DNA of 64,000 bases from positions 16,749 through 80,748 of the forward strand of contig CAVQGY010000003.1 of NCBI GenBank assembly GCA_963712165.1, read 5' to 3'. Source of the stretch: an uncultured Chloroflexia bacterium. Lineage in GTDB: Bacteria; Chloroflexota; Anaerolineae; Anaerolineales; UBA11858. The notes under the pieces were generated by a model. The model searched no databases, was not told the origin of the DNA, and saw only the letters and a program-made list of their open reading frames with translations. The position numbers and the translations under genes were made by a program. Shown here piece by piece: positions 9,578 to 20,478 of this stretch. Every line of letters begins with the position of its first letter. Position 1 is the first letter of the stretch.

Positions 9578-10894
9578 ATGATTGAAAATAATGCCTTGTA
9601 TGGAAAGTTTGAAGACCTCAGCGCCCGGATAGCAATCCTGGGCCTGGGCTATGTGGGATTGCCCCTGGCTGCTGTGTTAGCTGAGGCTGGCTATAATGTG
9701 ATCGGTATAGATCCGGATGCTTCCAAGGTGGATACGTTGAACAAAGGGATCAGTTATATCGATGATGTGGAGACCAGTCTAGTAAAAAAGCTGGTAGAAG
9801 CAGGATCCTTGAGCGCGACCACGGATTTTTCTGCCGTGAAGGATGCAGATGCTGTCAGCATCTGCGTACCCACTCCACTCAGAAAGACGCGAGATCCTGA
9901 CTTATCCTTTATCATCTCTGTGGCTGATTCAATTGCACCTTTCATTCACTCCGATATGGTTGTGGTATTAGAATCGACGACCTATCCAGGAACAACCAGG
10001 GAGCTGCTCTTACCGAAACTTATCGAGGGAAGAGAGTTGACGGTGGGAAAGGATTTCTATCTGGCCTTCTCACCTGAGCGCGTAGACCCGGGGCGGGAGG
10101 ATTGGACCACAAAGAACACACCCAAAGTTGTTGGTGGGATCACCCAAGCTTGCACGGAAATGGCATCCAAGTTCTACCAAGGCGCCATGGAGAGAGTGGT
10201 CCCGGTCGCCACAGCAGAAGTAGCCGAGATGACAAAACTGCTGGAGAACACCTTCCGGATGGTCAATATCGGACTGGTGAATGAGATCGCCATCATGTGT
10301 GATCGAATGGGCATCAATGTCTGGGATGTGATCGATGCCGCAGGCACAAAACCATTTGGATTTATGAAATTCACACCCGGACCCGGATTAGGAGGGCACT
10401 GCATACCCATCGATCCCTTATTCCTGTCCTGGAAATTACGTTCATTGAATTACACCGCGCGTTTTATTGATCTGGCGTCAGAGATCAATACGGGCATGCC
10501 CCGCTATGTGGTAGGAAAGGTCCAGGAGGCCCTTAACAATCAGGGCAAAGCCCTTCGTGGGAGCCGAGTATTGGTACTGGGTGCAGCTTATAAACCTGAT
10601 ATTGATGATGTCCGCGAATCACCAGCTCTGGATGTAATGGGATTACTCCAACAGGGAGGAGCGGAGGTCAAATATCATGATCCCTACATACCTGACCTGC
10701 ATACTGACGACCTGGATCTGACCAGTGTGGTTGATTTGATGAAAGAGATCAAAGGATCAGACTGTGTGGTGATCATTACCAATCATTCCCAATATGATTA
10801 CCAGGCCATTTACACAGCAGCCCACTCTATTGTGGACACCCGAAATGCCCTTGGGAAAATTGCCGGTGATGATCCCAAAGTGGTTAGGATTTAA
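9578..10894 (+). CDS. nucleotide-sugar 6-dehydrogenase (UDP-glucose/GDP-mannose dehydrogenase family)
   Basis: 438 aa. Rossmann motif GLGYVGLP, catalytic-Cys region GLGGHCIP. GAGGGAG lies 8 nt upstream of the ATG. Confidence 0.85.
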   Translation: MIENNALYGKFEDLSARIAILGLGYVGLPLAAVLAEAGYNVIGIDPDASKVDTLNKGISYIDDVETSLVKKLVEAGSLSATTDFSAVKDADAVSICVPTPLRKTRDPDLSFIISVADSIAPFIHSDMVVVLESTTYPGTTRELLLPKLIEGRELTVGKDFYLAFSPERVDPGREDWTTKNTPKVVGGITQACTEMASKFYQGAMERVVPVATAEVAEMTKLLENTFRMVNIGLVNEIAIMCDRMGINVWDVIDAAGTKPFGFMKFTPGPGLGGHCIPIDPLFLSWKLRSLNYTARFIDLASEINTGMPRYVVGKVQEALNNQGKALRGSRVLVLGAAYKPDIDDVRESPALDVMGLLQQGGAEVKYHDPYIPDLHTDDLDLTSVVDLMKEIKGSDCVVIITNHSQYDYQAIYTAAHSIVDTRNALGKIAGDDPKVVRI

Positions 10895-11893
10895 TTGATA
10901 GAGAAGGAACCATTCGTGGAAAGATATCTAGTGACGGGGGCAGCAGGATTCATTGCCTCTGTAGTGGCTGAAAAGTTACTCCAACAAGGCGCAGAAGTGG
11001 TTGGGATAGATAACCTGAATGATGCCTATGATATCCGGATCAAAGAGTACCGCCTGGCCAGACTCCAGGAGAATCCGGGATTCAGTTTTTATAAACTGGA
11101 TATCAGCGATAGAGCTCTATTGGATGATAAGCGGTTACTGGATAAAGGATTTACGGCAGTCGTAAACCTGGCAGCCAGGGCAGGGGTCCGGGACAGTTTG
11201 AAAGACCCGTGGGTTTATCTGGATACAAACACTACCGGGACATTGAACCTGCTTGAATTCTGCCTAAAGGAAGGGATAACCAAGTTCCTGCTGGCATCAA
11301 CATCCAGTATCTATGGTGAGAATCCACCCTTACCCACACCGGAAAGTGCAGATAGCAGCCAACCCCTACAAACCTATGCATCATCAAAAAAAGGCGCGGA
11401 AGTTCTGGCCTATGCCTATCATTATTTGCATGGACTGGATGTTTCCGTCGTCCGTTATTTTACAGTATACGGTCCCGCCGGACGTCCAGATATGGTCATG
11501 TTCCGATTCACTAAATGGATAGCCGAAGGTGAAGCTGTCCACCTTTTTGGTGATGGGGAGCAGTCCCGCGGTTTTACCTATGTTGATGATATTGCCCGTG
11601 GTACAATCGCTGCTTTGAAACCAGTTGGGTTTGAAATCTTTAACCTGGGGGGTCATGAGGTGATTACTATAAAAGAGCTGATCCAACTCCTGGAAAATGT
11701 GTTGGATAAAAAGGCGCGGATCGAGTTCCATCCTCGCCATCGAGCGGATATGCTCACCAATTATGCGGATGTCAGCAAAGCCCGCGAGCTGCTCGATTGG
11801 GAGCCCCAGATCTCCCTGAAGGAGGGAGTGCAGAAGCTGGTAGATTGGTACCTGGAGGAGAGATCCTGGGCAAAGGACATCCATACAGAATAG
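10895..11893 (+). CDS. NAD-dependent nucleotide-sugar epimerase/dehydratase (extended SDR)
   Basis: 332 aa. VTGAAGFIAS and YASSKKGAE (YxxxK). TTG start at 10895 abuts the upstream stop. GTG at 10916 is an alternative start. Confidence 0.85.
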   Translation: MIEKEPFVERYLVTGAAGFIASVVAEKLLQQGAEVVGIDNLNDAYDIRIKEYRLARLQENPGFSFYKLDISDRALLDDKRLLDKGFTAVVNLAARAGVRDSLKDPWVYLDTNTTGTLNLLEFCLKEGITKFLLASTSSIYGENPPLPTPESADSSQPLQTYASSKKGAEVLAYAYHYLHGLDVSVVRYFTVYGPAGRPDMVMFRFTKWIAEGEAVHLFGDGEQSRGFTYVDDIARGTIAALKPVGFEIFNLGGHEVITIKELIQLLENVLDKKARIEFHPRHRADMLTNYADVSKARELLDWEPQISLKEGVQKLVDWYLEERSWAKDIHTE

Positions 11894-11911
11894 ACAATTC
11901 AACGCTCATCC

Positions 11912-12085
11912 TGTGGATAACTGAGTAAAAGTTCTCATCTACTTTGAGGGACGGACCTAAAGGGGAATTGTAATGAAAAAAGCGATCATTACCGGAATTA
12001 CAGGCCAGGATGGAGCTTATCTGGCAGAATTTCTGTTCTACAAAGATTGATAAGTTTTTCGCCATTATCCACAAGGTTATCCACA
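11912..12085. promoter_or_regulatory. cluster of three perfect DnaA boxes
   Basis: TGTGGATAA at 11912-11920. TTATCCACA at 12065-12073 and again at 12077-12085 (tandem, 3-bp spacer). All three lie in the non-coding gap 11894-12168. Confidence 0.6.
11973..12050 (+). pseudogene. gmd: remnant of GDP-mannose 4,6-dehydratase (first ~21 codons only)
   Basis: ATG at 11973 preceded by AGGGGA. The translation MKKAIITGITGQDGAYLAEFLFYKD* matches the canonical Gmd N-terminus (..[19 protein letters not shown]..) up to AEFL, then diverges and stops. Confidence 0.6.
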
Positions 12086-12168
12086 GATCCCATGGTAAAA
12101 GGGACGACAAGTTGAGGATGGACCTGGTGAGCATCTCCCATGCCTTCTGGATTGCATAAGAGTAGACC

Positions 12169-12450
12169 ATGAAGAAAATGGAATCCCGTAAGTTGATCAG
12201 AAATATGCTGTTTGAGATCATCATATACAGCATTCTTATTTTCGGATATTACCTCCTGGTTCTCCGCACTATGGGAGATTGGCTTGCGTCAATATTCAAT
12301 TCCAATCTTGTTATCTATGCTTTTATTGGATTGGGTTTAATTGTTGTCCAGGCAGTCGTGTTGGATTATCTCACCTCATTTTTAATGAAGATCATCAAAC
12401 TGGATCAATTTGGCAGTAAAAGGATACGGGATGTATTTTCCGATCGCTGA
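12169..12450 (+). CDS. small hypothetical membrane protein (2-3 hydrophobic segments)
   Basis: 93-aa ORF with a basic N-terminus followed by hydrophobic stretches (FEIIIYSILIFGYYLLVL, VIYAFIGLGLIVVQAVVL). It overlaps the start of the TauE-like gene. No family recognised. Confidence 0.4.
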   Translation: MKKMESRKLIRNMLFEIIIYSILIFGYYLLVLRTMGDWLASIFNSNLVIYAFIGLGLIVVQAVVLDYLTSFLMKIIKLDQFGSKRIRDVFSDR

Positions 12451-13336
12451 TGTCACAGTAGATCCCATATTGTTGATGAGCGTGGGTTTCCTGGTGGGTA
12501 TCCTGGGAGGTTTTTTCGGTGTGGGAGGGGGCTTTTTGGCTGGTCCGATGATGTTCTGGGCCGGAGTCCCGATGAATTTCGTGGTGGGAACCGATCTGGC
12601 TCATATGACCGGAAAATCTATCGTGGCTGCTCGCCGCCACCGGGCTCTTGGCCACGTCGATTTAAAGCTCGGTGCATATATGATCCTGGGAACCGTTATC
12701 GGAGTTGAGTTTGGGGCGAGGATTATTGAAGCACTGCAGCGCTCTGATTCGCTGGATATCAGTATAGGTGTTGTTTATATCTTAATCCTGGTGATCATCA
12801 GTGGATTCACTGCCTGGGAAAGTATCCGCGCGATTCAGATGGTGCGGACAGACCAGATAGCTGTAAAGGATGCGGTCGGGTTTAAAGGATTGGCCAAACG
12901 GATTCAGTCTTTCACACTTCCCCCCATGGTATCCTTTCCCGTCTCTGGTATTGAAACTATTTCTATCTGGATGGTGCTGGGTGTGGGATTCTTCACAGGC
13001 CTACTGGCTGGCAGTTTAGGTGTTGGTGGGGGATTTATACGAATGCCCATGATGATCTACGTATTAGGAGTGCCGACACATGTAGCTGTAGGAACTGATT
13101 TATTCGAGATCGTATTTTCTTCTGGTTTTGGAACGATCACCCATGCGATCAAAGGAAATGTAGATATTCTGATGGCACTGGTTATGCAGACTGGAGCGGC
13201 GATTGGAGCCCAGATTGGCGCCAATGCAACTCGTTTTTTTGCAGGGCCCAGGATCCGTTTGGCATTTTCAACCTTGCCGCTGGTGGGTGCAGTTCTGGTT
13301 CTATTCCGTTTGATCACCTCTGGAGCACTTCATTGA
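12431..13336 (+). CDS. TauE/SafE-family sulfite/anion exporter
   Basis: Polytopic membrane protein with the family's internal duplication (GILGGFFGVGGGFLAGP and LLAGSLGVGGGFIRMP). Start placed at ATG 12431; the ORF-track start is 12410. Confidence 0.8.
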   Translation: MYFPIADVTVDPILLMSVGFLVGILGGFFGVGGGFLAGPMMFWAGVPMNFVVGTDLAHMTGKSIVAARRHRALGHVDLKLGAYMILGTVIGVEFGARIIEALQRSDSLDISIGVVYILILVIISGFTAWESIRAIQMVRTDQIAVKDAVGFKGLAKRIQSFTLPPMVSFPVSGIETISIWMVLGVGFFTGLLAGSLGVGGGFIRMPMMIYVLGVPTHVAVGTDLFEIVFSSGFGTITHAIKGNVDILMALVMQTGAAIGAQIGANATRFFAGPRIRLAFSTLPLVGAVLVLFRLITSGALH

Positions 13337-13352
13337 GGAGGCCCGTTGATTG

Positions 13353-14177
13353 ATGAGGATATTAATCATTCTCGAAAGTGAGAGATATAATCCCCCTCCG
13401 GTATTGATGGGAAAGATCATATCTAGTGCCATCCAGGGTTCTGTGGATATCCTGGTGGTTGTGCCAGCGGGTAGCCATCCGGGGAACGGCCAAGCTGTTG
13501 CCCAGCAGGCCTCCCTGGATCTGGGAGGGAGGGAATCTCAGATCCTGATTCAGGAAGGAGAGACAGCCGCTGTGATCAAGAGGGTGCTCGAGACTGAGAA
13601 TTACCAGCTGATCATTGTCAATGCAGACCGGATTCTGCGTCTCCGAAAAACAATAGAGGTGGATCCCATCCTGATCAAGCAATCAGTAATTTCACTTTTG
13701 ATCACCCAAAACATAAAACCTAAAATTGACCGGATCTTGCTCTGCACCGCCTGCAACAAAGGTGATTACAAATTGATCCATCAGGCTGCACATCTAGCAG
13801 CTTCTCTTAACGCATCAATTACCCTGCTGCACGTATGCGCTGGATCTGTACCAACTATGTATACCGGCCTGGAACAGATTGAGGAGACAGTCGAAGAACT
13901 GCTTCAAACAGATACATATTATGCCCAGCACCTCCGAAAGGGAGTTGAGATCCTAAATGAGAACCGGATCGATTCTGAAATCAAGATCCGCCGGGGCAGC
14001 CCAATCGAGGAAATCATTAGGGAAACCCAGATCGAGAATTATGATCTGGTTGTGATCGGCACATCGGCGGTCCACAGGGGGTTGAAGGAAATGATCCTCG
14101 GCAACCTGGCCAACAAGATCATCGATCGAGTGGAACTCCCCGTTTTGGTTGTTGGTAGTCGTGAAATGGAACCCTGA
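13353..14177 (+). CDS. tandem universal stress protein (UspA-family) domain protein
   Basis: The C-terminal half has a typical USP ending (YDLVVIGTSA...GNLANKIIDRVELPVLVV). GAGGAGG lies upstream. TTG at 13350 is an alternative start. Confidence 0.65.
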   Translation: MRILIILESERYNPPPVLMGKIISSAIQGSVDILVVVPAGSHPGNGQAVAQQASLDLGGRESQILIQEGETAAVIKRVLETENYQLIIVNADRILRLRKTIEVDPILIKQSVISLLITQNIKPKIDRILLCTACNKGDYKLIHQAAHLAASLNASITLLHVCAGSVPTMYTGLEQIEETVEELLQTDTYYAQHLRKGVEILNENRIDSEIKIRRGSPIEEIIRETQIENYDLVVIGTSAVHRGLKEMILGNLANKIIDRVELPVLVVGSREMEP

Positions 14178-14291
14178 AATTACTAAAAAAGGTAATACAC
14201 TGATGTGGTATTATATGCTTTCATTTTTGATTTAAGAAAGTCCCTGAAGGATGTTTGCTGAGAATATATTTTTAGGATAAGGTCTTGGTAG

Positions 14292-16034
<1,743 letters not shown>

Positions 16035-16095
16035 CATTTACCGGGATGCAATTATTCAATAAACTGGAGGAACCCAGCTGAAAAACAAGTCCTTA

Positions 16096-18132
16096 TTGAT
16101 CACCCTGATCATCGCTAGCACCGCCATTTTGGGAATAACCTGTGTTGCATGTGGCATCACGGTTTTTGGTGTCAGTTTATGGATGCAGGAAACCGATATC
16201 CTGGATGAACTCCTGGATGGAATCCAGACTAATGAACCTGTTGAAGTAGAGGTGATCGTACCCACGGAACTATCGGGTAGTACACCCGGATCATCTGGTT
16301 ATATTCCATCATCTACTAATCTGACATTGACAACGCTTTTAAATACGATTATTCCCATCAATGATCCCCTTGATATCGCCCGTAGGTTGGAAGGTAAGGA
16401 ACATCTCCAGCTTACCTTGCCCGTGGAGAATTTGAATCGTCAAGCAGGTGAACAGGAGACTTTTTGGGTAACTAACACCGATACAGCTGAGAATTTCCAA
16501 ATCGTAACCACGCTCTCAGCTGTGACTGACCACCTTTATTTTTGGGTTGAGAATGGGGTGTTCTTCTCTCAGAAAACACTTGATGATCTGGCGGCGGATT
16601 TCGAGAGTAATATCTATCCCACAAACCAGGAGTTCTTTGGCACAGAATGGTACCCCGGTGTGGACGAGGACCCGCATATCTATGTGATCTATGCCGGTGG
16701 CCTGGGAAATAATGTTGCCGGTTATTTCAGCTCAGTGGACGAGTACCATCCCGACGTACATGAATTTTCGAATGCACATGAAACCTTTATGCTCAATGCG
16801 GACAATGTTAGCTTGGGGGACCCATATACTTATGGAGTTCTTGCACATGAATTCCAGCATATGATCCACTGGTACCGGGATAGAAATGAAACTTCCTGGC
16901 TGAATGAGGGTTTTGCTGAACTGGCCACCTTGCTGACCGGACACCGGGCAGGTCCTATACACGATTATTTTTTTGCAGATGATCCCGATTTGCAGCTGAA
17001 TGACTGGCCTAATGACAACAACATGACAGTACCGCATTATGGCAACGCTTTCCTGTTCGTTACTTATTTCATGGACCGATTTGGCAGTGAAGCCACCAAA
17101 GCACTGGTTGCAGAAGATCTTAATGGGTTGGCTAGTGTTGACAAGGTGCTGGCGGACCGGTCAATCACTGATCCAGGGACAGGCAATCAGATCACCGCAG
17201 ATGATGTTTTTCTGGATTGGGTAGTAACCAATATAATCAAGGATGAATACAACGTAACGGACCGGTTTAAATACACAAGTTATCTGAATGCGCCTTTCTT
17301 TGACTTTACAGAGATCATTCACGATTGCTCCACCGGGAATTTATTACGTGATGTGCATCAATATGCGGCAGATTATATTAAACTTGATTGCCCGGGGGAT
17401 TTCACGCTGCGGTTTTCAGGGCAGGAATCGGTTCGGCTACTTCCTGAAAATCCAGTCGAGGGGCGCTACGCCTTTTGGTCCAATAAAGGGGACCATTCGG
17501 ATATGCGCCTGACCCGCGAATTCGATTTCCGGGAGGTAAGCGGCCCGATCACTTTCAATTTCAATACCTGGTATGACTTGGAAGAAGATTATGATTATAT
17601 CTTCCTGGAGATATCCACTAATGGAAGAGATTGGCGGATCATCAGGACCCCTTCTAGCACTTCTGATAATCCCTCAGGTAATAGTTATGGCTGGGGATAT
17701 AACGGTCTTTCGGGAGAGAACGGCATCTGGATTGAAGAATCAGTCGACCTGTCTGCTTATGCTGGTGAGAAGATCCAGGTTCGCTTTGAATACATCACCG
17801 ATGCGGCAGTGCATGGAGAGGGTTTTCTATTAGATTCGGTGAGTATTCCGGAGATTGGTTATTCGACTGGGTTTGAGGATGATGATGGGGGTTGGTTAGC
17901 AGAAGGGTTTGTCCGTGTTGAAAATTCTCTACCCCAAACCTACAGACTGGCATTAATTCACCTTGGACCTGAACCGAGGGTAGAATATCTGGCGATGTCA
18001 GAAGGGAATCAGCTAGAGATCAAGCTGAAATCAGAGGAAGAAGGAGAATATCCTGTTGTCCTTATAGTTACAGGCACAACGCGTTTCACAAGGCAAAAGG
18101 CGAACTACTGGATCGAACTTAGCCAGCAATAA
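16096..18132 (+). CDS. membrane-anchored/secreted zinc metallopeptidase (HExxH; possibly immune-inhibitor-A/M6-like)
   Basis: 678 aa. N-terminal hydrophobic anchor and zinc motif HEFQHMIHW. A CTG at 16078, 6 nt after GGAGGA (16066-16071), would add MKNKSL before the anchor and may be the real start. Confidence 0.6.
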   Translation: MITLIIASTAILGITCVACGITVFGVSLWMQETDILDELLDGIQTNEPVEVEVIVPTELSGSTPGSSGYIPSSTNLTLTTLLNTIIPINDPLDIARRLEGKEHLQLTLPVENLNRQAGEQETFWVTNTDTAENFQIVTTLSAVTDHLYFWVENGVFFSQKTLDDLAADFESNIYPTNQEFFGTEWYPGVDEDPHIYVIYAGGLGNNVAGYFSSVDEYHPDVHEFSNAHETFMLNADNVSLGDPYTYGVLAHEFQHMIHWYRDRNETSWLNEGFAELATLLTGHRAGPIHDYFFADDPDLQLNDWPNDNNMTVPHYGNAFLFVTYFMDRFGSEATKALVAEDLNGLASVDKVLADRSITDPGTGNQITADDVFLDWVVTNIIKDEYNVTDRFKYTSYLNAPFFDFTEIIHDCSTGNLLRDVHQYAADYIKLDCPGDFTLRFSGQESVRLLPENPVEGRYAFWSNKGDHSDMRLTREFDFREVSGPITFNFNTWYDLEEDYDYIFLEISTNGRDWRIIRTPSSTSDNPSGNSYGWGYNGLSGENGIWIEESVDLSAYAGEKIQVRFEYITDAAVHGEGFLLDSVSIPEIGYSTGFEDDDGGWLAEGFVRVENSLPQTYRLALIHLGPEPRVEYLAMSEGNQLEIKLKSEEEGEYPVVLIVTGTTRFTRQKANYWIELSQQ

Positions 18133-18137
18133 TAAAA

Positions 18138-18173
18138 ATATGACACTCTCCGCGTAGGCGGAGGGTGTCATAT
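18138..18173. terminator. bidirectional intrinsic terminator hairpin
   Basis: ATATGACACTCTCCGC / GTAG loop / GCGGAGGGTGTCATAT (16-bp stem with one G-U pair), flanked by A/T runs. It lies between convergent genes. Confidence 0.75.
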
Positions 18174-18205
18174 ATGGATCAGGTTAAACAGAATATATTG
18201 CGTTT

Positions 18206-18424
18206 TCAGGATTCTTTAGGATTAATGAACTCCTGGAGCTGTACTTCGAGTTCAGCCCTTTTCTGTTGAGCTGCTTCCTTGATCTCCAACTGGATATTAT
18301 CAGCACCTTTCTGGATGACTGAACGCAATTCTTCGCCTGAATAGGGGGCCAGCAGCAGCGCGGTCAATCCCCCCAGTATACCTCCCAGGACGGCGCCATA
18401 TACAAAAGCCAATGCTTTTCTCAT
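18206..18424 (-). CDS. YtxH-like small membrane-anchored protein
   Basis: MRKALAFVYGAVLGGILGGLTALLLAPYSGEELR... followed by a charged helical tail. Start placed at the internal ATG (18424), because the ORF-track extension overlaps the add promoter. Confidence 0.6.
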   Translation of the reverse strand: MRKALAFVYGAVLGGILGGLTALLLAPYSGEELRSVIQKGADNIQLEIKEAAQQKRAELEVQLQEFINPKES

Positions 18425-18438
18425 CCAACCCTCTCCTT

Positions 18439-18467
18439 TTAACAATCTGACTGGCATATATTATACT
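18439..18467 (+). promoter_or_regulatory. candidate promoter of add (TTAACA - 17 nt - TATACT)
   Basis: TTAACA at 18439-18444, 17-nt spacer, TATACT at 18462-18467. AGAGGAG lies 8 nt before the ATG at 18517. Confidence 0.45.
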
Positions 18468-18516
18468 GGTTCTTTGATAAAATGGGTACAAGCCAGGAAA
18501 ATAGAGGAGTGTCCCA

Positions 18517-19521
18517 ATGATAGACCCCACTTTTCCCCTTGTAGATCTACACAGGCACCTTGATGGCAGTATCAGGCTGGAAACCATTCTGGCCCTGGCT
18601 GCCAAGCATGACCTTCCCATGCCGGCAAAAACACTCGAAGAGCTGCGTCCTTATGTTCAGATCACCGAAACTCGACCCGGAGTGATGGCATTCATTGAAA
18701 AATTCCAGCATATGATCGGGATCCTGGCTGATTATGATGCCTGCCGGCAGGTTGCCTATGAAAATGTGGAAGATGCCTTCAATGAGGGAATAGATTATAT
18801 TGAACTTCGTTTCAGCCCATATTTTATGGCCCAACCCCATCAGCTGGATCCTTCTGGCGTAGTGGAATCTGTCCTGGAGGGCCTTCTGGACGGTCGTGAG
18901 GCTTTTGATATCGAAGTGAACGCCATAGGTATCATCAGCCGGACCTATGGACCTGACAAAGGATGGATCGAGCTGGAAGCCCTGCTGGCCTATCGAGACC
19001 ATATCCAGGCCCTGGATCTGGCCGGCGACGAAGTCAATTTCCCGGGTAAATTATTCGTAGATCATTTTCAAGAAGGGCGGGAGGCTGGCTGGCATATTAC
19101 GGTGCATGCCGGTGAAGAAGCCGGACCAGACAGTATCTGGCAGGCCATTGAAGAACTCGGTGCTGAAAGGATTGGTCACGGCGTAAGTGCAATCCAGGAC
19201 CCCTTGCTGATGGATTATCTGGCTGACAAGCAGATTGGCGTTGAATCCAATTTGACCAGCAATTTGCAGACTAGAGTAGTCGATAGCTACCAGGATCACC
19301 CACTCAGGCAATTTCTTGAAGCTGGGGTCTTGGCAACAATTAACTCAGATGACCCTGGTATCAGCGCAATTACCCTCCCTTATGAATATGAATATGCTGC
19401 CCCCGCAGCTGGTCTAAGCAAGGAGCAGATCAATCAGGCCCAGAAGAATGCTTTGGAAGTTGCCTTCCTTAGTCCGGAACAGAAGGCCAAACTGCTTGAT
19501 AAGAAGAACTCAGATCCTTGA
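18517..19521 (+). CDS. add: adenosine deaminase
   Basis: 334 aa. DLHRHLDGS, HAGE and SDDPG motifs. Confidence 0.9.
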   Translation: MIDPTFPLVDLHRHLDGSIRLETILALAAKHDLPMPAKTLEELRPYVQITETRPGVMAFIEKFQHMIGILADYDACRQVAYENVEDAFNEGIDYIELRFSPYFMAQPHQLDPSGVVESVLEGLLDGREAFDIEVNAIGIISRTYGPDKGWIELEALLAYRDHIQALDLAGDEVNFPGKLFVDHFQEGREAGWHITVHAGEEAGPDSIWQAIEELGAERIGHGVSAIQDPLLMDYLADKQIGVESNLTSNLQTRVVDSYQDHPLRQFLEAGVLATINSDDPGISAITLPYEYEYAAPAAGLSKEQINQAQKNALEVAFLSPEQKAKLLDKKNSDP

Positions 19522-19534
19522 TTTTCCTACTCAT

Positions 19535-19563
19535 TTGAGTGATAATATCCCAGTAGTTAGAAT
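19535..19563 (+). promoter_or_regulatory. candidate promoter of the pan/coa operon (TTGAGT - 17 nt - TAGAAT)
   Basis: TTGAGT at 19535-19540, 17-nt spacer, TAGAAT at 19558-19563. Confidence 0.45.
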
Positions 19564-19605
19564 TGAAAACTAAGAATGACGGCCCCTACCCACGAGGAGG
19601 GTACC

Positions 19606-20475
19606 ATGTCTACATCCCCAATTTCTCATAAGAAAGTGACCACAGCTGTTTTCCGCTCGAAAAAGGAGCGTGGAGAACCGCTTACCATGTTAACCGCTTA
19701 TGATTACTTGACAGCCAGAGCGGTTGATGGATCAGGAATTGACTCCATACTTGTTGGAGATTCCCTGGGTATGGTGATTCTGGGATATGAGAACACTCTC
19801 CCGGTGACCATGGAGGATATGCTCCATCATTGCCGGGCTGTTGCCCGGGGTGCCTCCCGAGCCCTGCTGATCGGTGATATGCCTTTTATGTCCTACCAGG
19901 TCAGCGTCACCGAAGCGGTTCGCAACGCCGGCAGGTTTCTCCAGGAAGGGGGTATGGACGCGGTTAAGCTGGAAGGTGGAGCAGAGCGCCTGGATGCTGT
20001 GGAAGCCATTATTGGATCCGGTATCCCGGTCTTGGGCCATTTGGGCTTGACTCCTCAGAGTGTTCATCTGCTGGGGGGATTCAAAGCTCAGGGCACAAGC
20101 GCTGAAGCAGCCGTAAGATTGCTCAAAGATGCTCAACTGCTAGACCAAGCAGGCTGTTTTGGGATCGTCCTTGAATCTGTGCCAGATCGGGTGGCCGAAT
20201 ATATATCTGGCCAGATTTCCATTCCTACGATAGGCATTGGGGCTGGAGGGGGGTGTGACGGCCAGGTGCTTGTCACTCATGACCTGCTGGGATTGTTTGA
20301 TAAGTTCACCCCTAAATTCGTCAAACAATACGCGTCTCTGCATCAGGATATCAGTGCAGCGTTGCGGGATTATAAACAGGAGGTAGAATCCGGAGAATTT
20401 CCTAAACAGGAGCATAGCTTCTTGATCTCTGATGGTGAATGGAAGAATTTCCTCGACTTGATTTCGGAGTCCTGA
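19606..20475 (+). CDS. panB: 3-methyl-2-oxobutanoate hydroxymethyltransferase
   Basis: LTAYDY, VGDSLGMV and KLEGG motifs. Start placed at ATG 19606, which is preceded by GAGGAGGG. The ORF-track ATG 19576 has no SD. Confidence 0.9.
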   Translation: MSTSPISHKKVTTAVFRSKKERGEPLTMLTAYDYLTARAVDGSGIDSILVGDSLGMVILGYENTLPVTMEDMLHHCRAVARGASRALLIGDMPFMSYQVSVTEAVRNAGRFLQEGGMDAVKLEGGAERLDAVEAIIGSGIPVLGHLGLTPQSVHLLGGFKAQGTSAEAAVRLLKDAQLLDQAGCFGIVLESVPDRVAEYISGQISIPTIGIGAGGGCDGQVLVTHDLLGLFDKFTPKFVKQYASLHQDISAALRDYKQEVESGEFPKQEHSFLISDGEWKNFLDLISES

Positions 20476-20478
20476 TCC

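Noticed and set aside
11998-12141. 47-codon minus-strand ORF (MGDAHQVHPQLVVPFTMGSVDNLVDNGEKLIN...) whose VDN-L-VDN codons spell the two tandem DnaA boxes
   Set aside because: There is no RBS or recognisable family, and it overlaps the gmd remnant antisense. A coding explanation for the boxes seems less likely than a binding-site cluster, but I cannot fully exclude it.
11384-12233. Minus-strand ORFs of 172 aa (11384..11902) and 153 aa (11772..12233)
   Set aside because: The first is antisense to the epimerase gene. The second spans the non-coding gap and the gmd remnant and has no recognisable features.
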